Shown: positions 43,857 through 52,425 of the stretch, piece after piece
Numbering within the stretch: position 1 is the first letter of the stretch
How the letters are laid out: the number at the start of each line of letters is the position of its first letter
Assembly (NCBI GenBank): GCA_949297415.1
Contig: CASFSV010000016.1
Coordinates: forward strand, 171 to 64,170
Direction: 5' to 3'
Source of the DNA: an uncultured Alphaproteobacteria bacterium
GTDB taxonomy: Bacteria; Pseudomonadota; Alphaproteobacteria; RF32; CAG-239
Length of the DNA: 64,000 nucleotides
The notes under the pieces: model-generated
The model's input: the letters and a program-made list of their open reading frames with translations, nothing else
Databases searched by the model: none
Told to the model about the DNA's origin: nothing
Translations under genes and position numbers: made by a program

Positions 43857-45140
43857 TTGCCAGTGTCTGAAGATGATGACAAAGATTTAGAGCCTTTAGA
43901 TGACTCTTCTCGTGAGAACAGTAAAGAATGGGCTTCCAGTTTTACTGTTGATGGAGTGCAATACGCAGCGAGTATCTTTTGGGAAAGTTTGCAAAATATT
44001 GATGCCCCATTTTTAGATGCGAAAGAGGCTGCCGAAAATGTTCTTGTTGGAGCCGATTTGTTTTGTGTAAAACACGGTAAATCGCCTCAGCTTGGGCTCG
44101 CTGTATCATCTCAAGGCTTCAAAAAAGGAATGAATGTTGCAGCTGTTACAGCTGTGACTGCAATGAGTGATGCATCTTCTCTTTTAGCCGTATTCAAAGT
44201 TGATTCCGGATATTGGTATTTATGTGTCAGAAATGATGTTATTCTATCTGATGGAGATGTGCTCTTTGTTAAAGAGGAAGATGCAAGAGAGCAATTTATG
44301 TCTATGCTTTCTGTTCCTGATTGGTCTAAAAAAATTGCTCCTAAGGAATGGGGAATTGATGATACTGAGCAAAAAGATATTTCGGAAATATTTGCTCAAG
44401 GTTTGGATGTTCAATTAGAGAAAATTAATGCACTTCGTGGTGCTGAGTTAGCTATCGTTGTCGTTTTATCCATTGCAGCCGGTGCTTGGCTGGTTATGTT
44501 TATTGCCAATACCTTTTTTGCAACAAAAACTCAAGAAAATAAAGTGGTTACACGCCGAGCAAAGAAGAAAGTTGTTAAAGAAGTTGAAAAAATTGTACCA
44601 GCACCGTGGGAATCGATGGTGGAAACAAATTGGTTGTTAGATAATTGTAGGACAACTATGCAATCTCTAGTGGCAATCACTACTCCTGGTTGGAAAAATG
44701 GTGGTGTTACCTGTTCTGCATCTGGTGTTGTTACATCTTGGAAAAGAGAATTTGGACGTCTGTCTTGGTTAGAAATGGCTTTGTCTTATTCGGGAATGTC
44801 TTTCACTAATAAATCTATTGATGATAAGGGAACTTCTGTTACTATATCAATACCATTTCAATCTGTAAAGAAAGTTAATTCAATTCCGACTAAGACGATG
44901 TCTGAATTGCGTAATATGATTAATGATTTATTTCAGACGCTTAATATGTCCATTTCTTTATCAAACGGGAAAGTTAAAGCGGGCAGTAAAACTTATGAAG
45001 CCTTAAATTTTAAAATCAATTCAAAATATGATCCTGATATTTGGAAACCTATGTTAACAAAATTTTCAGGACTTAAGATTAATAATATACGTTATAATGG
45101 TGGCGTATGGAATTATGAGGGGACAATTTATGTTCAGTAG
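43857..45140 (+). CDS. PilO-like bitopic pilus assembly protein (call mainly positional; alternative GTG start 43863)
   Basis: 427 aa with a central TM LAIVVVLSIAAGAWLVMFIANTFF. Lies between the secretin and the PilP-like gene, as in R64-type pil operons. Confidence 0.45.
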   Translation: MPVSEDDDKDLEPLDDSSRENSKEWASSFTVDGVQYAASIFWESLQNIDAPFLDAKEAAENVLVGADLFCVKHGKSPQLGLAVSSQGFKKGMNVAAVTAVTAMSDASSLLAVFKVDSGYWYLCVRNDVILSDGDVLFVKEEDAREQFMSMLSVPDWSKKIAPKEWGIDDTEQKDISEIFAQGLDVQLEKINALRGAELAIVVVLSIAAGAWLVMFIANTFFATKTQENKVVTRRAKKKVVKEVEKIVPAPWESMVETNWLLDNCRTTMQSLVAITTPGWKNGGVTCSASGVVTSWKREFGRLSWLEMALSYSGMSFTNKSIDDKGTSVTISIPFQSVKKVNSIPTKTMSELRNMINDLFQTLNMSISLSNGKVKAGSKTYEALNFKINSKYDPDIWKPMLTKFSGLKINNIRYNGGVWNYEGTIYVQ

Positions 45141-46635
45141 AAACAAATTTTATGGATTACTTATATCGGCATTTGTTATCAATATTGCTAATGCTCAGGC
45201 TGTTAGTGTCGCAGATGCTTCTGCTAATGTAGCTAATTTATCTTTAAATGTTGCTTCGCAATCAGCTGATGCTGTAGCAGCAAAAGAAACTAAAGCTTTG
45301 GTTTCCCCCTCGCAAGCTAAAGTTGCTCCGGTAGAAACCGCTGCTTCTGCGCCAAATCAAGCTTCTGCTAATTTACAAGCACAGCCGGTAGCTCCTGTCG
45401 TAAGCACGGTTCAAAACACTAATATTTCATCTCAGCCCCCTTTAGTTTCACCACAAGCTCAACCAGTGGTACAAAATTCTAGTCAGGTATCTCAGGCTCC
45501 TCAGGAAGATTTTGACTTTGATTTGAAGATGAAGTCATTAAATGCTCCATCTCAACCTCAGAATAATCAACCTAGTAACATCAATAACGCTTCATCATCG
45601 GCCATTAATGATGTAGATTTACCTAAAGATATTCAATATAAGGCAAATCCAGTTGAAGCTCTTGGTAATAGTATCTTGTCTCAAATGGATAGCGATTTAT
45701 TTTCTCAGATGTCTGAGATTGAAAAAAGTACAACGTTGTTAACTCTTGAATTGCGTAGAGAAAAGATACGTAATGAAATTGAGGCTCAAAAGGCAATCCG
45801 ACAGAAAAATATTGATGAACAGGCTAGATTAAAAGAAGAACAGAAATTACAAGATTTAGAAAGAAAAAAGAAAATTGAAGCTCAGGTTTTGCAAGAGAAG
45901 CAGGCTCTTCTTGATAAAGAGAAACTTTTTGAGGTTCTTAAACAGCGGAAACTTCTTAACGCTTATATGAATCAAATGCTTGTTAATCAGCAGGAATGGT
46001 TAAAAGAAAAAGAAAATTTGTACGCTCAAATCTCAGCTCTTGAAGGTGAAAAAAAAGAACTTATTGAGCTATTTAAAGAGCGTATAAATAAAGTTTTAGA
46101 AGCATCTGCTAAAAATATACAAGTTGCAGAAGCTGCTCGTGCTAATTTTGAGCGAATTGTAAAGAATTTGAAAGCTAGAAATGAACAACTTCGCAAAAGA
46201 GTTGAAGCAGATGCTCAAATTATTAAAAATGCAAAAAATAATTTGTATTTAAAATCACAATCTATTGAAGAATTAAAAGATAAAAATGCTTCATCTGCGG
46301 CAGCTTTGGCGGCAAATGCTACTGCGTCGGCTCAAATTGATGATACAGAAGATGTTGAGGAGGAAACAGTACAAGAGAAGTTAAGTGCTCAATACGCCAT
46401 TCTCGGTATTACAGGAAGAGCCGGTAATATGTCTGTTGACGTTATTGATATTAATGGACAGCCTTTATCATTAAAAATTGGCTCTCCTTTGCCTACAGGA
46501 CATATTCTTAGCGAAATTGGATCTGATTATGCTAAATTTAGTAGAGATGGTAGTGATGATTATCTTTATATTGGTAGATCTATAGATGGCTATGTGCCTA
46601 CTCTTGGTCTAAGTGATGACAAAAAGAAAAAATAA
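45130..46635 (+). CDS. PilP-like protein expanded with Q/P/S-rich and coiled-coil regions (ORF-track start 45097)
   Basis: Signal peptide MFSRNKFYGLLISAFVINIANAQA. Long coiled coil (EKIRNEIEAQKAIRQKNIDEQARLKEEQKLQDLERKKKIEAQ...). C-terminal about 90 aa YAILGITGRAGNMSVDVIDINGQPLSLKIGSPLPTGHILSEIGSDYAKFSRDG resembles the PilP/GspC-HR beta domain. SD GAGGGGA. Confidence 0.45.
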   Translation: MFSRNKFYGLLISAFVINIANAQAVSVADASANVANLSLNVASQSADAVAAKETKALVSPSQAKVAPVETAASAPNQASANLQAQPVAPVVSTVQNTNISSQPPLVSPQAQPVVQNSSQVSQAPQEDFDFDLKMKSLNAPSQPQNNQPSNINNASSSAINDVDLPKDIQYKANPVEALGNSILSQMDSDLFSQMSEIEKSTTLLTLELRREKIRNEIEAQKAIRQKNIDEQARLKEEQKLQDLERKKKIEAQVLQEKQALLDKEKLFEVLKQRKLLNAYMNQMLVNQQEWLKEKENLYAQISALEGEKKELIELFKERINKVLEASAKNIQVAEAARANFERIVKNLKARNEQLRKRVEADAQIIKNAKNNLYLKSQSIEELKDKNASSAAALAANATASAQIDDTEDVEEETVQEKLSAQYAILGITGRAGNMSVDVIDINGQPLSLKIGSPLPTGHILSEIGSDYAKFSRDGSDDYLYIGRSIDGYVPTLGLSDDKKKK

Positions 46636-46672
46636 TCGTATTATTTTTAATAGTTGTTTACGGGTGTAAAGT

Positions 46673-48337
46673 ATGCCAGAAGAGTTAAAAAAGGAAAATA
46701 CAGTTAACGGAAAAACTAATCCGGAATCTAATTTTGAGGAAGAGGATTCTGGAGCGGAGCAGGCTAAAAAAGTTAATTTGTTTGATCAGCTTTTTGCCAA
46801 TGGGAATAAGTTGTTGACTGTAAATGGATCTGATTTCGCTATTTCAAACGAAACAAGACGTTTGTTGGCCTTGTTCTCTGATGGTACTTATCTTGTTTCT
46901 AAAGATAATAGATTTGATGGTGCTGTTTATAACTTTGAAGCAAATGTTAAAAGAAGAAAAATTCCTATCAAAGCACCTCGTTATGTCACTCTTAATGAAA
47001 TATCTGCTATTTATGCTTATGCTGAACGTGGTGCTGGTACTGTTGATGTATCTGCTGAAGAAGCTGAAGATATGCAGATGCAAATCGACTTTATTAACAT
47101 TATTCAAAGAGCTTCTCAGAAAAAAGTGTCTGACGTTCATATTATCGTAGGTTCATCTTCTACAGTACTTTTCCGTGAAAACGGTATTATGGTTAAGCAA
47201 AATGAGTACGGAGGTGAATGGGGTGAAGCTTTTGTTCGTTCTGTATTTGCTTCTGCAGATATTTCTGACTCAAACTATTCACAAAATGAATTCCAAGGTG
47301 CGCAAAAATTAGGTTCAACGCCTTTGCGTGGCTCTAAGGGTAAATTGATGCTTCCTCACAATGTATTAGCTATTCGTCTTCAATTTAACCCTATTGCGTT
47401 TGGTTCTCAGTATTTGGTTATGCGTCTTTTGTATGCTGACGATAATCCTGAAGGTAGCTCCGATTTACGTTCTCTTGGTCTTGGTAAGTATGAAGAAGAT
47501 CTTTTTTATAAAATGAGAAGTATGGCAGTGGGCTTAAATGTTGTTGCTGGTCCGACCGGTTCTGGAAAGTCTACAACATTACAACGCAATATGATTAAAC
47601 TCTTACAAGAAAAAAATTATCAGATTAACTTGTTGACTGTGGAAGATCCTCCTGAGTATCCTATTCCAGGTGCTCGTCAAATGCCGGTTACTAACGCTAA
47701 TACAGAAGAAGAAAAAAATGAGCAATTTACAAAAGCTCTATCTGCAGCTCTTCGTTCCGACCCAGATGTTATTCTTGTTGGTGAAACGCGTTCTTTGTCA
47801 ACAGCGGAATTAACGTTTAAAGGTGCTTTGTCTGGTCACGGCGTATGGACTACTCTACACGCTAACTCTGCTCCAGCTATCGTTACTCGTTTGCGCGATA
47901 TGGGTATTCAACCTTATTTGCTTAATGACCCTGAATTAGTTAAAGGATTGGTTTCTCAACGTCTGTTTAGAAAGTTGTGCCCTAATTGTCGACAATCTAT
48001 TAAAACTAAAGAGGGTTCTCCTGAATTTGAACGTTTACGCAATGCGTTAGGGGACTATGGTATCGAAAATGTTTATGTGAGCGGTCCCGGTTGTAAAGCG
48101 TGTGGCTATAAAGGATTTAAAGGCAGAATGGCTGTTGATGAGATTATTTTACCTGACTCACGTTTCTTGAGACTTATGATTGATAATGAAACAGCCAAAG
48201 CTATTGACTACTGGGTGAGTGAATTAAATGGTCGTCCATTAAAAGATGCTGCTATTGAGCGTATGATTAAAGGACAAATTGATATGGACGAAGTTGAGCG
48301 TTGGTGTGGGTTAATCGACCAACGTCCTGTATACTAG
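46673..48337 (+). CDS. GspE/PilB-family pilus assembly ATPase (R64 PilQ-like)
   Basis: Walker A VVAGPTGSGKSTTLQ, Asp box LLTVEDPPEYPIPGARQ, Walker B LRSDPDVILVGETR, His box SGHGVWTTLHANSA, tetracysteine CPNC...CKAC. Confidence 0.9.
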   Translation: MPEELKKENTVNGKTNPESNFEEEDSGAEQAKKVNLFDQLFANGNKLLTVNGSDFAISNETRRLLALFSDGTYLVSKDNRFDGAVYNFEANVKRRKIPIKAPRYVTLNEISAIYAYAERGAGTVDVSAEEAEDMQMQIDFINIIQRASQKKVSDVHIIVGSSSTVLFRENGIMVKQNEYGGEWGEAFVRSVFASADISDSNYSQNEFQGAQKLGSTPLRGSKGKLMLPHNVLAIRLQFNPIAFGSQYLVMRLLYADDNPEGSSDLRSLGLGKYEEDLFYKMRSMAVGLNVVAGPTGSGKSTTLQRNMIKLLQEKNYQINLLTVEDPPEYPIPGARQMPVTNANTEEEKNEQFTKALSAALRSDPDVILVGETRSLSTAELTFKGALSGHGVWTTLHANSAPAIVTRLRDMGIQPYLLNDPELVKGLVSQRLFRKLCPNCRQSIKTKEGSPEFERLRNALGDYGIENVYVSGPGCKACGYKGFKGRMAVDEIILPDSRFLRLMIDNETAKAIDYWVSELNGRPLKDAAIERMIKGQIDMDEVERWCGLIDQRPVY

Positions 48338-48347
48338 GAGAATTAAT

Positions 48348-49469
48348 ATGGCCAAAAAGGAAGAAACAAATACAGGTGCCTTTAATAAAGCAATGAAATC
48401 TTTGGGCTCGTTGGAGGTTTCTTTTGCACAATTCCGAATTGGTATGGCTGGTAAAGCTCGTCTTAAAGTATACAAAAAGTTGGCTTCTTTACTTAGAAAT
48501 AGATTTTCTTTAATGAATGCTTTAGACATTATGTATGACAGTATTACTGATAATGGTAAACATCCTAGTGAGCCGATGGCTATCGCTATTGCTTCTTGGG
48601 GTAAAGCACTTCAAAATGGTTATGCTTTTTCTGATGCCTTAAAAGGTTGGGCTCCTAGTCGTGAAAGATTGATGCTTTCCGTTGGTGATATGTCTGACTT
48701 GGAAAGTGCTCTCATGAACTTAATTCGCGTGGCTGAAGGTACTGAAAAAATGTTAAAGCCTATTATCGGGGCGATTTCTTATCCTTCTTTCTTGCTCTTA
48801 ATGTCTGTTTTGGTTATTTATGCTATTGGTGCATATATGGTGCCGCCGATGATGGATGCTGCTCCAAATGCGCGTTGGTCCGGTACAGCTAAAGATTTGG
48901 TTGCTGTTTCATTGTGGATTCAGAAGAACTGGTTGCTTGCATTTGCCTTTTTTCCTGCTATCTTTCTTCTTATTTATGCCACCATTGGTATTTGGACCGG
49001 CCCAACTAGAAAAGCTATAGATGATTGTCCTCCATGGTCTTTATATAAAATGTTTATGGGTATTACTTGGCTACTTTCTTTATCCGCATTGATTAAAGGT
49101 GGTGTGCCTATTTCTGTAGCTTTGACCTCTTTGAGAAAAGACTCCAACCGTTATCTTCAAGAGCGTATTGATAGAGCTATGGATTATATTAAAAATGGTG
49201 ATAACTTAGGACAGGCTCTTTCTAAAACGAAATTGAATTTTCCTGATAAAGATATTGTTGCAGATTTACGTATTTATGCTGAACTTGATAACTTTGAAGA
49301 AGCTCTTGACCGTTTGGCAAATGACTGGCTTGATGAATCTGCTGAAGCTGTTGAGCAGAAAGCATCAATTTTGAATATGGTCGCCATGTTTGCTATTTCC
49401 GGTATTATTGCTTGGGCGGTATTCGGCGTATTTGAAATGCAAGATCAAATTACCAGTGCAATGGGTTAG
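48348..49469 (+). CDS. GspF/PilC-family inner-membrane platform protein (R64 PilR-like)
   Basis: 373 aa. Two cytoplasmic helical repeats, each followed by TM segments (ISYPSFLLLMSVLVIYAIGAYMV; LLAFAFFPAIFLLIYATIGIW; MVAMFAISGIIAWAVFGVF). Lies immediately after the ATPase. SD AGGAGA. Confidence 0.8.
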   Translation: MAKKEETNTGAFNKAMKSLGSLEVSFAQFRIGMAGKARLKVYKKLASLLRNRFSLMNALDIMYDSITDNGKHPSEPMAIAIASWGKALQNGYAFSDALKGWAPSRERLMLSVGDMSDLESALMNLIRVAEGTEKMLKPIIGAISYPSFLLLMSVLVIYAIGAYMVPPMMDAAPNARWSGTAKDLVAVSLWIQKNWLLAFAFFPAIFLLIYATIGIWTGPTRKAIDDCPPWSLYKMFMGITWLLSLSALIKGGVPISVALTSLRKDSNRYLQERIDRAMDYIKNGDNLGQALSKTKLNFPDKDIVADLRIYAELDNFEEALDRLANDWLDESAEAVEQKASILNMVAMFAISGIIAWAVFGVFEMQDQITSAMG

Positions 49470-49473
49470 TAGC

Positions 49474-50136
49474 ATGCTTGATAAAATTAAGCTTATTTAT
49501 CTTAAACTTCTGAATTATGTTATACGTTATTGGAATGAAATTTGTCGTGATTATATTCCGAAATTGCAGGTGTACATTAAAAAGAGTATAGATTTCTTAC
49601 TTACTAATAGAACCTCCATTATTAAAGTAGCTATTCCCTGTTTGGTAATTGCTTTCTTCTTTTACTCTTGTTCATCCTCTCGGCGCGTGATTACTCGTAA
49701 TATAGCTGAGATTTTTGAAATTGCAGAAAATGTCAGAGCTTATTACAACAGTAAGCCTGATTATTGGAGATTATCAACGGAAGTTTTAATTGATAATAAT
49801 GTTATTCCTACTCAATACCTTCAGGATAAAAATATTGTTTTAGAAGATGATATTCATATTCTTTTGGGTGAAGGATATTTGGCTGCTCCGGTGTCTCCAA
49901 GAATGCTTACTTTTGATATAGTTATCCCTAACTTAAATAAGGCCAAATGCATGGCCTATGCCGAAGCAGAGCTATCTGAACAACAACTCTTGGTTCTTGA
50001 TAAATTGACTATTTATAATGATGCAGGAAACGCTGTTTATACATGGGGGGGAGAAAATGCTCTTCCAGTTGTAAGATACTCAAGCAAAAACTTTTGTATT
50101 AATGGTGTTAATACACTTATTTGGTCTTTGAAATAG
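49474..50136 (+). CDS. Bitopic protein in the pilin (PilS) position with a pilin-like ectodomain but no prepilin cleavage motif (ORF-track start 49390 overlaps pilR-like)
   Basis: MLDKIK... has about 50 aa of basic cytoplasmic-looking N-terminus and a TM IIKVAIPCLVIAFFFYSC. Then NIAEIFEIAENVRAYYNSKPDYWRLSTEVLIDNNVIPTQY, reminiscent of the pilin alpha1C/alpha-beta loop. No G/(F,M,W)TLxE motif. Confidence 0.5.
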   Translation: MLDKIKLIYLKLLNYVIRYWNEICRDYIPKLQVYIKKSIDFLLTNRTSIIKVAIPCLVIAFFFYSCSSSRRVITRNIAEIFEIAENVRAYYNSKPDYWRLSTEVLIDNNVIPTQYLQDKNIVLEDDIHILLGEGYLAAPVSPRMLTFDIVIPNLNKAKCMAYAEAELSEQQLLVLDKLTIYNDAGNAVYTWGGENALPVVRYSSKNFCINGVNTLIWSLK

Positions 50137-50149
50137 TTTGTTTTATTTT

Positions 50150-51097
50150 CTAGAATATCGGCAAAGATTGAGCCATTCTTGCGGCTTGCATTTCAATAGA
50201 TGTAGCTAAATTTAACTTACCACTACGAATAATTGAGCGAACAGAACAGCCTTTATTCAAATCAGGATTAGCAAATAATGTTTCTATTCGTGGTTTTCTA
50301 TGTGTTTCTGTCCCAACCAAATCTTGTTTAATAACGGAAAGTATTCCTCTTGATAATATATCAAAAGCAGAACTTTCACTCATACTAAAGCTTGCATATT
50401 TTACTAACGAACTTAAAGCATCCGTAATTGAGCTTGCATGGATAGTTGTTAGTACTAAATGTCCTGATATTGATGCTCGAAGGCATTCACATGCTGCATC
50501 TGGTGTTCTTATCTCTCCAATTAAAATGTAACGAGGTTTTGAACGCAGTGCTGATTTAAGCGGTTCTCGCCAATTATCATTCTGCACTTCTGTTTGCTTA
50601 CAAAAACCTATTGATCCATTAAATGATTGATATTCCCCCTCTAGTGGCATTTCTGCAGGATCTTCAATCGTATAGGCAAATCCTCCTTCTAAATTCAGAT
50701 ATTCAGCCAACAGACTTGATATAGATGTTGTTTTACCTGATCCGGTAGCTCCTCCCCATATTATCAAACCACTTTGTGCGGATAGAGATAACATATACTG
50801 AACGAATCTGTGATCAAAGCCTAAATTATGAATACTCGGAATGGTAAGAGGCATTCTTCTTAAGCAATACAATTCGCCATTTACGCTTAAGACATTTTCA
50901 ACTCGGAAAAATGTTCCTTTATAGTTCATTGAATAGGAACTTGTCTGGTGCATAATTAAGAAAAGTTGTTCGCAAAATTCCTCTTTATCACTGGGCTCTA
51001 CTCTTTTCAAACTATTGGCATATTTTTCATCTGATATATAAAAGTCTTTATTTGAATTTATATATAAATCAGAAAAACTGTATTGTAAAAGTTCCAT
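50150..51097 (-). CDS. PilT/DotB-like hexameric secretion ATPase (short GspE-superfamily member)
   Basis: Walker A IWGGATGSGKTTSISSLL, YTIEDPAEMPL, Walker B LRSKPRYILIGEIRTPDAA, His box SGHLVLTTIHASS. 315 aa. SD GGAGAAG. Starts 16 nt after the atpF stop on the same strand. Confidence 0.8.
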   Translation of the reverse strand: MELLQYSFSDLYINSNKDFYISDEKYANSLKRVEPSDKEEFCEQLFLIMHQTSSYSMNYKGTFFRVENVLSVNGELYCLRRMPLTIPSIHNLGFDHRFVQYMLSLSAQSGLIIWGGATGSGKTTSISSLLAEYLNLEGGFAYTIEDPAEMPLEGEYQSFNGSIGFCKQTEVQNDNWREPLKSALRSKPRYILIGEIRTPDAACECLRASISGHLVLTTIHASSITDALSSLVKYASFSMSESSAFDILSRGILSVIKQDLVGTETHRKPRIETLFANPDLNKGCSVRSIIRSGKLNLATSIEMQAARMAQSLPIF

Positions 51098-51113
51098 TTA
51101 CTTCTCCGAATTG

Positions 51114-51671
51114 TTATTTGTTAATAGATAGCCCTGATTTAATCTGGTTAATTGACTTCTCTATTAAATGATTGTAATCGGATTTAGTTAATTTTGAGCT
51201 AATTACCGAGGTTAATATCTCTTCAGTTCTGTTACTGATTAAATTATTTATCTCTTGACCTACTTGTTCAAATTCTCGTTCTATTCTGTTATCTACTTCG
51301 TTAGATTTACGTTGTAAATATAAATTTAACTCTCTTATTTTTTTTTCCTTGGTTTCTTCTATTACATTTTCTTGCTCTTTAATAATATCTGCAACTTCTT
51401 TATCTGTATTTAAAAACTTCCGTTCATAATCTGCATATAATTTTTGTGCTTCTAATTTTAAACTTTCTGCTTCTTGTAACTCTCTTTTTATGCGGATGAT
51501 TCGTTTTGTAATGAGATTTTTTCCTGCTTTTAAAAGTGGTTTTAGCAATGCGCTCATTACTAAAACAAAAGCAATAGCAACCCAAAATTCCCCACTCTGA
51601 TAAAATGCTTCTGTCGGTATTTCTTGTATTGTTTGTTGTTCTGATATTTCTTGATTTGCATTAAAAGACAT
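51114..51671 (-). CDS. atpF: F0F1 ATP synthase subunit b
   Basis: 185 aa. Single N-terminal TM (FWVAIAFVLVMSALLKPLL) followed by a long charged helix. Last gene of the F0 operon after b'. Confidence 0.8.
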   Translation of the reverse strand: MSFNANQEISEQQTIQEIPTEAFYQSGEFWVAIAFVLVMSALLKPLLKAGKNLITKRIIRIKRELQEAESLKLEAQKLYADYERKFLNTDKEVADIIKEQENVIEETKEKKIRELNLYLQRKSNEVDNRIEREFEQVGQEINNLISNRTEEILTSVISSKLTKSDYNHLIEKSINQIKSGLSINK

Positions 51672-51674
51672 TTT

Positions 51675-52154
51675 TTACTCTTTCTGTTTAGAAACCTCTT
51701 TAATATCGGCCTCTGTTATCGTTTTGAGATCTAATTGTTTAATAATTGCTGTTGCAGCAATTTCTGACAATTCCTCAATTCTAGACATTGTCTCGACCTT
51801 GTCTTTAACTAACTTTTCTTCATGCTCTGCTATTTTTGATTTTAATTGCTGATTGATTTCTGCTTCTCGATCTTCAATCATCTTTCTGAGATCTTCCTCG
51901 TTCGCTTTGATTTGCTCCGAAGCTTTTAATTTTGCCGCAGCTAAAGTTTCTTCATAACGCTCCAATGTCGCTAAGGCTTTCTTATTTATCTCCTCAGCTT
52001 TCATTATAAAGTCGTCATATTTACGCTTTCTTGCCTCTATTGTTTCCGATATCTTGGGTATAATGATATGATCCATAATCATCCAAAATATAACGAATGT
52101 CGTTATCACCCAAAAAATTTGTGTCAGATAGGTCGATATCTCTAACTGCGGCAT
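51675..52154 (-). CDS. atpF2: F0F1 ATP synthase subunit b'
   Basis: 159 aa. MPQLEISTYLTQIFWVITTFVIFWMIM N-terminus typical of b' (the PQL/PQ..F motif) and a charged helix. Lies between subunit c and b, as in alphaproteobacterial F0 operons. Confidence 0.8.
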   Translation of the reverse strand: MPQLEISTYLTQIFWVITTFVIFWMIMDHIIIPKISETIEARKRKYDDFIMKAEEINKKALATLERYEETLAAAKLKASEQIKANEEDLRKMIEDREAEINQQLKSKIAEHEEKLVKDKVETMSRIEELSEIAATAIIKQLDLKTITEADIKEVSKQKE

Positions 52155-52165
52155 TTTCTTTACCT

Positions 52166-52402
52166 TTATTTATTCAACATAATTAATGCTACAACCAAGC
52201 AGTACAATGCTATAGCTTCAATAGCTGCAAAACCTGCCCAACCGTAAGTATCTACATCTTTTTTAACTTGAGGATTACGACCTACTGTTTCAATCATTGT
52301 AATCCATAATTTGGCTACGCCCCAAGCTGTGGCAGCCATTGGTAACGTACATAAAGCTGCTCCGAAGTACATTGCAGCATCTGATGCGATTAAATTTTCC
52401 AT
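52166..52402 (-). CDS. atpE: F0F1 ATP synthase subunit c
   Basis: 78 aa helical hairpin with loop RNPQ and the carboxylate in FAAIEAIALYCLVVALI. Confidence 0.9.
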   Translation of the reverse strand: MENLIASDAAMYFGAALCTLPMAATAWGVAKLWITMIETVGRNPQVKKDVDTYGWAGFAAIEAIALYCLVVALIMLNK

Positions 52403-52425
52403 GTTTCTTCCTTTCCTAAATTTAA

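Noticed and set aside
49390-49473. Upstream extension of the pilin-position ORF (ORF-track start 49390)
   Set aside because: It would overlap the platform gene by 80 nt in another frame. The ATG at 49474 lies 4 nt after the platform gene stop and gives a sensible N-terminus.
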